Shown here in pieces: positions 48,992-59,747 of a DNA stretch of 64,000 bases. The stretch spans positions 984,203 to 1,048,202 of the forward strand of contig JBJBEO010000001.1 of the NCBI GenBank assembly GCA_047284725.1, written 5' to 3'. Position numbers and translations under genes: made by a program. The notes under the pieces were generated by a model that was not told the origin of the DNA, did not search any database, and saw nothing but the letters and a program-made list of their open reading frames with translations. Within the stretch, counting starts at the first letter, position 1. The number at the start of each line of letters is the position of its first letter. This stretch comes from Synechococcus sp. GTDB taxonomy: Bacteria; Cyanobacteriota; Cyanobacteriia; PCC-6307; Cyanobiaceae.

Positions 48992-50530
48992 ATGACGCTC
49001 GAGAAGGGTTTAGACAGCAACGCCTTTTTTCCCCGCAGCCTTGATGGCGATCTGATCAAGCAGCGCATCCTCGACCTGGAGACAGGCAAGGTGGGCTTCT
49101 ACAGCGTGGGCCTGTATCCAGCTTCGCTGGCGTACAACTGCGCTATGCAGCAGGCCACCGAGCACAGCCTGATGTTGGCACCGCGCCCGGGCCGTGCCTT
49201 GCTGGGAGCCTTCCCTTCAGCTGCGCGTGAGGGCATGGATGCCACCCATGTGGCCTGTCTTGAGCGAATGGCGACCCACCTGGAGGGTGATGCACGGGTC
49301 CCCAACACCCTCGGTGATGTGATTCGGGAGTGCGAGCTCGTGGTGCTTGCCGCCAACAGCAATCACATTGAAGAAGATCTCCAGGAGGCTTGCCGTCTCC
49401 GGCGGGCCTTGGGTCGTGACCACGTGGTGCTGGCCTGTCTGGCCGGCTCCTTCACCCACGACCCCATCACCAATGAGTCCTACGTGTTGTGTGAGCGCGA
49501 GCCGAATCTCGCCTTCTTTTCCGGCTTCCATCGCCACGGCGCACTGCGCAATCCGCTCGATAGCTTCACGGCCAACTTCTGCCATCCGAATGCGCTCACC
49601 GCTCTGCTGGGTGCGCGCATGCTCGATCGCCTGTCTCCCAACATTCAGGTATCCCCAGGCGTTCACAACGTCGAGGGGCAGTACATCAAGGCGGCCAAGA
49701 ACATGTCCTCGGTGTTCGCCGGCTTTGGCTACGCCTACCACCAGGACAATCCCGGCGTGCTGCCCACCCTGCTCACGCTTTTGCTTGATCAATGCCTGGA
49801 TCAGGCTGCCACGGTGTCGATGGCACGCCGCGATCGCCAACGCCTCTACAACCGCCAGCCTTTCCCGCTCACGGAACTGGGTTACGGGGTTCAGAGGATC
49901 GAGGCCGCACTGGTGCGAGGTGGGGACATGGAGAAAGTGCGTGACCACACGTTTGCGCAGCTCACCGCGATGGTGGCCGATGTGCGCGGCAGCATGATGC
50001 TGCCCGTTTCGGGAACACCCACTCGTAATTTCCAGGCCGGTCAAGTGCTCGCTGATCGCATGCGCGATCTGAAACGCTGTCCGACGTCCATGGAAGAACT
50101 GGAACAGTGGTGTGAAGAGCAGGGGTTGCGCAAGGGTGGCCTCGAGGGGCTGAAAGCGCTGCGGTACTGGCCGCAGATCGTGCGCAAATACGCCATTCCG
50201 GTGCATGACGCTTCCATGGTGAATCTGCTTTACATGGCGATTTATGGAAAGCCGTCCACCAAGCAGGTGGCGTTTTCGGTGATGTCTGATAGCCGTGAGT
50301 TATCGGCCTACTGTCAGGAATCGGTCCGGCCCACGCACAGCCGGCGCTATGCCGAGGCGTTGCAGAACCTGCAGCAACCTGAGGCGATGGATCTGATTGT
50401 CAACGCGGTGATTGCCGATAATGCCCGCAAGGCGATCCGCGACGATCTTGCCCTCGAGGAAGGCAGTGAAGCAACGGATCCACCGGCCTATCTCCGTGCC
50501 ATGCACGTGATCGAAACCGCTCTCGATTGA
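48992..50530 (+). CDS. Hypothetical protein, divergent GpsA (NAD(P)-glycerol-3-phosphate dehydrogenase)-like
   Basis: Ordered motifs ELVVLAANS, AAKN, D, TRN..AG..L, EG, LY. The ORF is solid; the family call is by eye. Confidence 0.6.
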   Translation: MTLEKGLDSNAFFPRSLDGDLIKQRILDLETGKVGFYSVGLYPASLAYNCAMQQATEHSLMLAPRPGRALLGAFPSAAREGMDATHVACLERMATHLEGDARVPNTLGDVIRECELVVLAANSNHIEEDLQEACRLRRALGRDHVVLACLAGSFTHDPITNESYVLCEREPNLAFFSGFHRHGALRNPLDSFTANFCHPNALTALLGARMLDRLSPNIQVSPGVHNVEGQYIKAAKNMSSVFAGFGYAYHQDNPGVLPTLLTLLLDQCLDQAATVSMARRDRQRLYNRQPFPLTELGYGVQRIEAALVRGGDMEKVRDHTFAQLTAMVADVRGSMMLPVSGTPTRNFQAGQVLADRMRDLKRCPTSMEELEQWCEEQGLRKGGLEGLKALRYWPQIVRKYAIPVHDASMVNLLYMAIYGKPSTKQVAFSVMSDSRELSAYCQESVRPTHSRRYAEALQNLQQPEAMDLIVNAVIADNARKAIRDDLALEEGSEATDPPAYLRAMHVIETALD

Positions 50531-50531
50531 G

Positions 50532-53243
50532 TCACCTCAGTTCAACAACGGCATCGGCAACAGCGCGGTAGGGGTCTCCATCACAGCTGAGCACGACCAC
50601 CTGCAGTCCATCGTCTGCGGCTTGGCGCAACATTGACAACACCGCTTGCAAACGGGTTGGGTCGGTATTGCTGAAGGCATCGTCGAACAGCACAGGTAGA
50701 CAACCGTCGTGGCCCGTGCGCAAGGTGTCGGCCAGGGCTAGACGCAGCGCCGCGTTGAGTTGCTCCCTCATTCCCCCGCTGAGGTTGGCAAAGGGCAGGG
50801 TGAGGCCATCCCGTTGGAGGCGTAAATCTCCTAGCCCGTTCTTGGCGTCATAACTGAGGCTGCACAGGGCATCGGGCTGAGGCAGCAGTGGCCCGAGGTA
50901 GTGGGCAATGCTGCGGCTGAGCGGTGCGGTGTAGCGCTGCGATAAGTCGCTGCGTGCGGTGTCGAACAGGTTCAGGAGATGCTGGTGCGCCTTCACCTGC
51001 AGCGCTTCATTGCTGTGGGCCCGTCGTGCCTGCTCCAGCTGGGTGCGAGCTTCCTCGGCATGGGCGTAGGGATCCCGGCGACCCAGGCTGTTGCAACGCT
51101 CCCGCAGGGCACCCCGCTCTGAACTCAGGCTCTGCAGGCGTTCCTGCAGTTGCTGCAGCTGTTGTTGCACCGCGTTCAGCCGGCGTGCGATCGCCGCTTC
51201 TGGGTCGTTGTTGGATCCATCAGCCTGGGGCAAGGCTTTCAGCTGCTGCTGCAAGTTGCCGATCTGTTCCTCCAGCTGCTGGAGGTCAGCGGTGATGCGT
51301 TCTGCGTCGCCGTGATCGCGAATCAAGGCGAGGCGCTGTTGATCAAGGCTGCGGATTTCTGCTGTCAGGGCTTCGCGTTGCAGTTGCAAAGCCTGTTGCT
51401 GCTGCTGTTGCCCCTTGAGCAAGGTCTCCTGTTGTTCCAGTTGCTGCAGAAGGGATTGGCGTCGTTCGTTCGTCTCGCGGTAGTGCTGGCGGCAGGTGAT
51501 CAGAGCTTGTTGAATGGCCTCCGCATCCTGAGGCGAAAGCCTTTCACTGGTTGCCTGAGCGCCATCGTTGAGCTCTTGCTCCAGGCTCTGGAGGCGTTCT
51601 CGTGCCGATGCCTCTTCGGCTTTGATGACCTTCTGATCATCGGCTTCAGGGGTTTGCTGCTGGAGCAGTGATTGGCGGGTGAGTAACTCCATGCGCTGTC
51701 GGCCACGGGCCTCCAGTTCGGCAACGCTGTCGGCCTGCCAGTGGCTGAGGCTCGCTTGGATGGTTTGTGTGAGCGCTTGATGCTCACGATGGATCGCCTC
51801 CAGGCCGTCGCCTCCCCCCGGGGCGATCCGCAGTTTCACGCCCTTGCCCACGGTCAGGGAGAAGGTGTTGGTGCGCCGCTGGGACTCCCCTGGCTCCATT
51901 GGGGCGTCATCGAGGCGCACCTGTTGATCACTGCACTCGAGGGTCACCACCGCAGCCATGGCATCACTTCGGATGGCGAGGGCTTCGAGTTGGCGCGTCT
52001 GGTCCTGCAACGTGACCAGGGCCTCATGCTCTGGGGCCCGGAGGCTGCTGAGGGCCGCGGTGATCTCCTTGTGTTGGCGCTCCCAGCTCAGCAACTGTTG
52101 TTGCTGCCGGTCCAGTTGCGTGAGGCGTTGTTCCAGCTGCAAGCGTTCCTCCAGGCGACGCAGCTGCTGACCTCGCAGTTCAAGGCCACTGCGCTTCTGC
52201 TCCAGTTGATCGCGGCCAAGCATCAACTGCTTCACGGCGTCGCTTTGCTCCACCAGCAGGCGTTGGAGGCGCTCCAGTCCGGCGGTGACACGGACGTTCT
52301 GCTGCTGTTGGTTCGCCAATGTCTGTTCGGTCTCCCGGAGCCGACGCAGTTGCAGTTGCAGTTGTTGGCGTTGCTGACTGAGAGGCGTGAGCTGCTGCTC
52401 CACTGCCTGGCGTGCGGCCTTGGCCTGGGCCTGTTGCCGCTGCTCGTCGAGCAGCTGGTTCTGTTTTTGCTCCAGCTGCGGTTTGCGCTCTTGTTCCAGC
52501 TGGCGCTGTTCGTCGTCGAGGGCATCGAGGCTGGTGCTTGCCTCCTCGTAGTCGTGCAGCTCAGCCGTGGCGGAGGCAAGTCGCTCCTCACTGGCCTTCA
52601 AGGCCTGTTCGCAGTGCCAAAGAACGCTCTGATGGCGAGTCCCTCGCGTGGTCAGGCTTGAGGACACCAATTGCTCAAGCCGGTCGTGCAGCTGTTGATC
52701 CAGAGGCGATTGCAGAGCAGCATCAGCTCCTTGCTCGAGTTGGTCGATCAGGCTGCGCAGGTCGTAGTGCTCGCCACCGAGCTTGAGCAGATCGCGGCCT
52801 CCTTCCCCCTGCATCACCCAGAGGTGGGCCCAGCGTGTGGGAAGCACCCGTCCTGCCTGGCGACTGCCGATGATCTCATCAACACCCAGCAGTGTTGCAA
52901 GCTGCTCTTCGGCTTCGCTGCCGAGGCGGGCAGGCTCGCCCGCACCGTTCAAGCTCGTCGTGCCGCTCTGGCCGCTGAAGCGTTTTTGAAGCATCCAGCT
53001 GCGGCCTTTGGCTTCGAAGTTGAGGGTTACCTGGGGATGACCACTGTGTTGCAGCGACCGCAGCTGCTGCACGGGAGCTCCCGTGGCGTTGCCGCGTAGA
53101 AAGAGGGTCCGGTGCAGGGCCTCCACCAGGGAGCTTTTGCCGCTTTCGTTGGCGCCTGTGATCAGGGTCAGGCCTGGATGGAAGTCCAGCTTCAGCGCGG
53201 CATGGCGGCGAATGCTGTGGAGATCGCAGCTGAGTAGCTTCAC
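50532..53243 (-). CDS. SMC/Rad50-like ATPase (SbcC/YhaN-like)
   Basis: GANESGKS Walker A, long Gln-rich coiled coils, LSGG signature, VLFDDAF Walker B. Confidence 0.9.
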   Translation of the reverse strand: MKLLSCDLHSIRRHAALKLDFHPGLTLITGANESGKSSLVEALHRTLFLRGNATGAPVQQLRSLQHSGHPQVTLNFEAKGRSWMLQKRFSGQSGTTSLNGAGEPARLGSEAEEQLATLLGVDEIIGSRQAGRVLPTRWAHLWVMQGEGGRDLLKLGGEHYDLRSLIDQLEQGADAALQSPLDQQLHDRLEQLVSSSLTTRGTRHQSVLWHCEQALKASEERLASATAELHDYEEASTSLDALDDEQRQLEQERKPQLEQKQNQLLDEQRQQAQAKAARQAVEQQLTPLSQQRQQLQLQLRRLRETEQTLANQQQQNVRVTAGLERLQRLLVEQSDAVKQLMLGRDQLEQKRSGLELRGQQLRRLEERLQLEQRLTQLDRQQQQLLSWERQHKEITAALSSLRAPEHEALVTLQDQTRQLEALAIRSDAMAAVVTLECSDQQVRLDDAPMEPGESQRRTNTFSLTVGKGVKLRIAPGGGDGLEAIHREHQALTQTIQASLSHWQADSVAELEARGRQRMELLTRQSLLQQQTPEADDQKVIKAEEASARERLQSLEQELNDGAQATSERLSPQDAEAIQQALITCRQHYRETNERRQSLLQQLEQQETLLKGQQQQQQALQLQREALTAEIRSLDQQRLALIRDHGDAERITADLQQLEEQIGNLQQQLKALPQADGSNNDPEAAIARRLNAVQQQLQQLQERLQSLSSERGALRERCNSLGRRDPYAHAEEARTQLEQARRAHSNEALQVKAHQHLLNLFDTARSDLSQRYTAPLSRSIAHYLGPLLPQPDALCSLSYDAKNGLGDLRLQRDGLTLPFANLSGGMREQLNAALRLALADTLRTGHDGCLPVLFDDAFSNTDPTRLQAVLSMLRQAADDGLQVVVLSCDGDPYRAVADAVVELR

Positions 53244-54445
53244 ACCGCCATCTCCTGGTCACAGGGCGACTGGGCACCAGCGCTGAGGCGATGCAGTTCA
53301 TACAACGCTGTCTCCAGCAGGGCAACTTGGTCGTGCTGGTCGGGGGGCGTCTGCTCGAGGGTTTGCTGCAGTTGCCGGGCAATGCTGCCCATCAATGGGG
53401 CCTCTGAACGATCCAGAAGCGTGCTGAGCTCAGTGGCTTCCGGGCGCCTGTGGCATTGGCCTCGAACGCGCAGGTGGAGCAGTCGGGTGCGTAACCGGGT
53501 CAGGATTTGTTCGAGTTGCTGGTGATCGACCAGCCCAAGCTGTCCGTCGATTTCGAGCCGCAGCAGGTCACGTCCCACCCGTCGTTTGGTGAGCGTTGTG
53601 ATCCGCTGCTGCAAGCGCTCGAGGTCGTTGCGTCCCCTCAACTGTATTCGTTCGTTGTGCCACTGCATGCTTGCGGTGCTGATCGTTTCGACCTCGGGTG
53701 TTTGGCCCCGCTCCACGTCGGCGATCAGCACTTGGCCGCGCTGATCGTCCTCACTGGAGGGGAAGCGGTCTGGTTCAGGGGTGCCGGGATACCACCCTTT
53801 TGGTGGCACGGCCTTGAAGGCATGCCAGTCGCCTAAGGCGAGGTAGTCGTAGGCCCCGCTGTCCCAGCGGGCTGGATGCAATTGATTGGTTCCCGCGCGT
53901 GTGTCGTTGTCGTAGTCAACGGCGGAAAAGCCCTGAATGGAGCCATGGGCCAGCACCACCCGGGCCTGATCAGGGTCAAGGCTGTCCCAGTCGAAATGGT
54001 CCAGCCAGGCGCCAGGACTCAACGTCTCATGTTGGCGTCGCAGTGGACAGGGCAGCACCGTGATTCCGGCGATGCCAAGGGGTTCAGGTTTTAGCAGCAA
54101 CCGCAGATTGGTGGCTCTTTGGAGCATCTCCTGTTGCACATCCGGACGGCGCCAGACACCGCCAGCACCACCATGGTCGTGATTGCCAGGAATGACCAGC
54201 ACGGGGGTGTTGATCGAGCCGATCAGCTCCAGCACCTCCATCACCAGGGCGCCATCCACGGTGCTGCTGTCGAATAAGTCTCCAGCCACGAGCACCGCAT
54301 CAATGGCGCGTTCTTCAACAAGTTCAATGATGCGTTCGACGGCCTCCATGCGCGCCCGTTGCAGTCGACTGCGCCGCTCGGGGTCTTCGATCCAGCGATA
54401 GGGCTTACCGATTTGCCAGTCAGCGGTGTGGAGCAGACGAGGCAC
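53240..54445 (-). CDS. Mre11/SbcD-like metallophosphoesterase nuclease
   Basis: HTADWQIG, AGDLFD, PGNHD, AHG, LGDWH, YPGTPEP. Confidence 0.9.
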   Translation of the reverse strand: MPRLLHTADWQIGKPYRWIEDPERRSRLQRARMEAVERIIELVEERAIDAVLVAGDLFDSSTVDGALVMEVLELIGSINTPVLVIPGNHDHGGAGGVWRRPDVQQEMLQRATNLRLLLKPEPLGIAGITVLPCPLRRQHETLSPGAWLDHFDWDSLDPDQARVVLAHGSIQGFSAVDYDNDTRAGTNQLHPARWDSGAYDYLALGDWHAFKAVPPKGWYPGTPEPDRFPSSEDDQRGQVLIADVERGQTPEVETISTASMQWHNERIQLRGRNDLERLQQRITTLTKRRVGRDLLRLEIDGQLGLVDHQQLEQILTRLRTRLLHLRVRGQCHRRPEATELSTLLDRSEAPLMGSIARQLQQTLEQTPPDQHDQVALLETALYELHRLSAGAQSPCDQEMAV

Positions 54446-54840
54446 GGCGATTGTTGAGGTGTGAAGGGTCGCTCCATGGTGCCTTGTGTGACGGGACCTG
54501 GCGAATCAGGGCGATGATGGGGACTGGTTTTGAAGGTGATGCCATGGCGATGCGATCCGTCTTGTCGCGGGAGTCCAAGGCCTTGCCCTGGCTTCAGTCG
54601 CGAGTTCCGTTCTGCTGACCCCAGTTGAGGCCAGAACGACGCGCACGTTCAGTGGTTCCAACCCCGCTGAGGTTGAGAAGAATGCCCGCCGTGCCGGCTT
54701 CGACTATCCCGATGGGGAGATGACATGCAGCAGCCGCTGTAACCAGCGCTGGGCCAAAGAGTGACGCGGAGCGGCTGACGATCTGCACACTGATCAGCCC
54801 AGCCCCCCAGCAATCGCGGCAGTGTTGCGTTCCGAGACGC

Positions 54841-56013
54841 ATGCGATCCGTTGTGACCCTGGCCGCCTCGAGCACCGGACGCCACCTTGAGGTCATCGCG
54901 GGTCGATTTCATCCGCCGGAACAGATCGACGCGATCCACCCGATCGGCTCGGGCAACGTCAATGACACGTTTTTGGTGCGGCTCGCGGTCGCAACCGCAG
55001 AAGGATCTGATGCGTTTGTGATGCAACGGTTGAACACTGATGTGTTCAACCGTCCAGATCTTGTGATGGGCAATCTGATCGCTCTCGGCAGTCATGTGCA
55101 GGAGCGGATGGCGACAGGCATGCCTGAGCTGCAGGGGCGTCGCTGGGAAGTGCCCCGGGTGATCCCCGCCCGCGGTGATCACGGGCATTGGGTGGAACAC
55201 GAGGGCCAGTTCTGGCGTTCGATTTCCTACATCGATGCCGCGATTGCCCATGACGTCATTTGCGATGCCAAGCATGCGCGGGAGGTTGGTTACGGGCTGG
55301 GAACGTTCCATCACTTGATCAGTGATCTGCCTGTTGCCCAGCTCGCTGACACCCTTGAGGGGTTTCACGTTACGCCAGTATATCTAGATCGTTACGACAC
55401 CGTGCTTGATCGTTGGTTGGATCGTGCTGAGCCCCGTGAAGTCACTGAATCGCGCCTGGTGTCAGCTCTGGCCTTCGTGGCCGATGGGCGTGATGGGGCT
55501 GATGTGCTCGAGGCGGCCTGTCGGCGCGGTGAACTTCAGCGCCGGCCGATTCATGGTGATCCCAAGATCAACAACGTGATGATCGATGCAGGTAGTGGTC
55601 AAGCAGTGGGGCTGATTGACCTCGACACCGTCAAGCCTGGTTTGGTGCACTACGACATTGGCGATTGCCTGCGCTCATGTTGCAATCCTGTGGGGGAAGA
55701 AGTCACTGATCTCACGACTGTTCGCTTTGATCTGGACCTCTGCCGGTCGATCCTCGAGGGGTATCTCACCGTTGCGAGTTCGTTTCTCTCCCCTGCCGAT
55801 GTGTCGTACCTCCCCGCCTGCATCCGCTTGATTCCTTTTGAGCTTGGTCTGCGCTTTCTCACCGACCATCTCGACGGTGATCGTTATTTCAAGGTGGAGA
55901 AGCGTGGTCAGAATCTCGATCGTGCCCTTGTGCAGTTCTCCCTGATGCGGTCCATTGAGGACCAGTTCGAGGCCATTGAATCCCTCGTGCAGCAGCTCAC
56001 CGGCCCTCTCTGA
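54841..56013 (+). CDS. APH/choline-kinase-fold sugar kinase (N-acetylhexosamine 1-kinase-like)
   Basis: GSGNVNDTF, HGDPKINN, IDLDT, YDIGDCLRS, ELGLRFLTDHL. Confidence 0.85.
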   Translation: MRSVVTLAASSTGRHLEVIAGRFHPPEQIDAIHPIGSGNVNDTFLVRLAVATAEGSDAFVMQRLNTDVFNRPDLVMGNLIALGSHVQERMATGMPELQGRRWEVPRVIPARGDHGHWVEHEGQFWRSISYIDAAIAHDVICDAKHAREVGYGLGTFHHLISDLPVAQLADTLEGFHVTPVYLDRYDTVLDRWLDRAEPREVTESRLVSALAFVADGRDGADVLEAACRRGELQRRPIHGDPKINNVMIDAGSGQAVGLIDLDTVKPGLVHYDIGDCLRSCCNPVGEEVTDLTTVRFDLDLCRSILEGYLTVASSFLSPADVSYLPACIRLIPFELGLRFLTDHLDGDRYFKVEKRGQNLDRALVQFSLMRSIEDQFEAIESLVQQLTGPL

Positions 56014-56025
56014 CGGAACCCTTCG

Positions 56026-56610
56026 ATGGCACGCCACTCCACGCTGGTCTGCCAGATCTGCCATTTGCGGCCTTTCCCCGATACGAATGTTCCCTCTCTT
56101 GTCATCAGTGCAGAACTGATTTGGCGCGAGGAAGGGCCCTTCACTCTCAGCTACGGCCTGCTCCCTGATCCGCCGTTCGAGGGCCGTTCCTTGCGAGACC
56201 AGTTGATGGGGCCCTGGAACCCTTCACGTTATCTCGGGTCTCGTCGTGATCAGCTCTGGCAACACACCTGCTTTGAGGCTTTTTTGGCGCTTCCGGGTCA
56301 GCAGGCCTATTGGGAACTGAATGTGTCCCCCTCCGGGGACTGGAATCTCTATCGCTTCAGTGGCTACCGCCAGGGGGGAGAGCCCGAGCCCAAGGCAGTG
56401 GCGCCCTCGGTCTCGCTTCAACGCATGGCCCGTGGATTGCGGTGCACCATCGAACTGGACCCGAGTGGGTTCTGGCCCCCGTCACTGGTTCCGGAGGTCG
56501 CTCTGACCACGGTGGTGGAGCAACGCGATGGATCCTTGAGCTATTGGGCGTTGTCCCATTCTGGTGAACAGGCCGATTTTCACGATCGCCGCAGTTTCTT
56601 GATCCTTTAA
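56026..56610 (+). CDS. DOMON-like domain protein
   Basis: LWQHTCFEAF, YWELNVSPSGDW, YWAL.H....DFH. Confidence 0.8.
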   Translation: MARHSTLVCQICHLRPFPDTNVPSLVISAELIWREEGPFTLSYGLLPDPPFEGRSLRDQLMGPWNPSRYLGSRRDQLWQHTCFEAFLALPGQQAYWELNVSPSGDWNLYRFSGYRQGGEPEPKAVAPSVSLQRMARGLRCTIELDPSGFWPPSLVPEVALTTVVEQRDGSLSYWALSHSGEQADFHDRRSFLIL

Positions 56611-56624
56611 CGCGTGCTTGTGCC

Positions 56625-57644
56625 ATGACTGCTGTGCGCCGTTGGTGTGTTGTGTTGGCCGCTGTCGGGGCTCTCCCGTTGGCGTTGCTGGCTCAGCACC
56701 GGATTGCGTTACAGGCCGAACAGGAGCCTGCTGACGTTGCTCGTTCAAACGCTTCCGACGCCGACGCTCGTGATTTAGACGTTGCGGTTCCCCGGCTGCC
56801 CAGTCATCCGACCCTTCCTCGTACGGCCCAAGGGCGTCATTACCCCCTGTTGCCCCAGGACCCGCAGGCCACCGCCGCATTACTGGGTGCTCTCGAGGCG
56901 GCGATCCGTGATCCCGCGGTACCGGCGGATCGCATCCCGCCTCTCGCTCATCAGCAGCAAGTGATCTATCGGGTGCTGTCCCGTGATCCTCAGCGCGCTG
57001 GAGCCGTGCGAACCGCGTTGGCGCCCCGGTGGCGCTGGGTGTTTGACCAACACATTGCGGCGCGGCGGGAGTTTCTGGCCATGCATCGGGGGCCGGCAAC
57101 TCCTCGGGTGCCCGCCTGGCGCATCCAACAGCCTGCACCGCAGGAGCAACTGTTGCGCGCCTATCGCAGTTCGGCCAAGGCCACTGGCATTCCCTGGACT
57201 GTTCTGGCGGCGGTGAATCTGGTGGAAACGGGGATGGGCCGCATCGATGGGGTGTCTGTGGCCAACGCCCAGGGCCCGATGCAGTTCCTTCCATCCACCT
57301 GGGCTGAACCGGGGATTGGTCAGGGGGGTGATATCCGCAATCCGTGGGATGCCATCCATGCGGCGGGTCGATACCTGGTGCGCCGCGGTGGTTTGCAGGA
57401 CATCCGCCGCGGGCTCTGGGGGTACAACAACAGCGACCATTACGGCGAAGCAGTGCTGCGCTATGCCGCGCTGCTCGACCGTGATCCTCTGGCCTACCGC
57501 GGTCTGTATCACTGGCAGATCCACTACGCCTCTGCCGCTGGGGACCTTTGGTTGGAGGAGGGCTATGCCCGCACCAGGCCGGAATCCGCCCATCAGCACA
57601 CGCGTGAGTTTCCCCACAGCAAACCGCCCTCTACGCTGCCCTGA
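56625..57644 (+). CDS. Lytic transglycosylase (SLT domain), exported
   Basis: Signal/TM anchor; LAAVNLVET (catalytic Glu), AQGPMQFLPSTW, YNN. Confidence 0.88.
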   Translation: MTAVRRWCVVLAAVGALPLALLAQHRIALQAEQEPADVARSNASDADARDLDVAVPRLPSHPTLPRTAQGRHYPLLPQDPQATAALLGALEAAIRDPAVPADRIPPLAHQQQVIYRVLSRDPQRAGAVRTALAPRWRWVFDQHIAARREFLAMHRGPATPRVPAWRIQQPAPQEQLLRAYRSSAKATGIPWTVLAAVNLVETGMGRIDGVSVANAQGPMQFLPSTWAEPGIGQGGDIRNPWDAIHAAGRYLVRRGGLQDIRRGLWGYNNSDHYGEAVLRYAALLDRDPLAYRGLYHWQIHYASAAGDLWLEEGYARTRPESAHQHTREFPHSKPPSTLP

Positions 57645-57666
57645 TCAAACACACACACGCAGCTGA

Positions 57667-58371
57667 GTGGCGAAGGAACTGACCCATCGCGCCGATGAAC
57701 TCCAGGCCCTCGGTTGGTCTGCTGAGGATGTGGCCCGTTACGCCGAGCTCTGGGACTACCGCCAGCGCTGGGGTGCGATGAATCTCGAGCGGGAGGATCG
57801 CCTTTTTCTGCGCAAGGCCGAAGCGGCTCTTCCCGCGATTGTCACCGGCAAAGCTGCAGCCAAAAAAGGGATCCGCGAGAAGTCCTATTACCGCTGGCTG
57901 CAGTTCCACCTCGATGCGATGACGGAGGCCGAGCAGCACTTTGCCTTGCAGGACGGCTCCCGTGGCGCCTGGGCGATCCTTCTGGATGAAGAACTGCGCT
58001 TGCTGGATTACTACCAGCCTGTGCTTGGTCTGCCCGACACCCTCAAAGCCAAAGCCTTGGATGCAGTGCGTTCGGAGATGGCCGCAGATGCGGTGTCATT
58101 GGCTTCCGACGGCGGCTCCCTGCAGCAGTACGACTTCAAGGCAGCGCTCGACGCTCTCAAAGCTCAGGAGAACAACCGGTGGCGTCACCTTCTGGATCAG
58201 GACGGTTCCCAGCCCTACCCGGTGCTCAGCGGAGCCACTGCCACCAGCTTCCGCCAGCAAGTTCGAACCCGTCTTGGCGCTCTCGTTCGCGAGACCTTGC
58301 CTTCCCTGGTGGATACCGAGAAGCCGATCCCTGCAGACGACTGGGTCCGTCCCGTCGAAGCCGACAGCTAG
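57667..58371 (+). CDS. Conserved hypothetical protein
   Basis: Clean ORF; YAELWDYRQRWGAMNLE. Confidence 0.75.
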   Translation: MAKELTHRADELQALGWSAEDVARYAELWDYRQRWGAMNLEREDRLFLRKAEAALPAIVTGKAAAKKGIREKSYYRWLQFHLDAMTEAEQHFALQDGSRGAWAILLDEELRLLDYYQPVLGLPDTLKAKALDAVRSEMAADAVSLASDGGSLQQYDFKAALDALKAQENNRWRHLLDQDGSQPYPVLSGATATSFRQQVRTRLGALVRETLPSLVDTEKPIPADDWVRPVEADS

Positions 58372-58391
58372 AACTGGGACAGGACGCCTGA

Positions 58392-59726
<1,335 letters not shown>

Positions 59727-59747
59727 GACTTCGAAGTCTGTTCCTTC

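Noticed and set aside
51100..52520. CTG/TTG-rich low-complexity tracts
   Set aside because: They encode the Gln/Leu-rich coiled coils of the SMC-like ATPase and are not an independent repeat element.
54446..54840. Short ORFs and an 11-nt direct repeat (ATGCGATCCGT at 54550 and 54841) between the SbcD-like and kinase genes
   Set aside because: No convincing coding signature, and the repeat is too short to be distinguished from chance.
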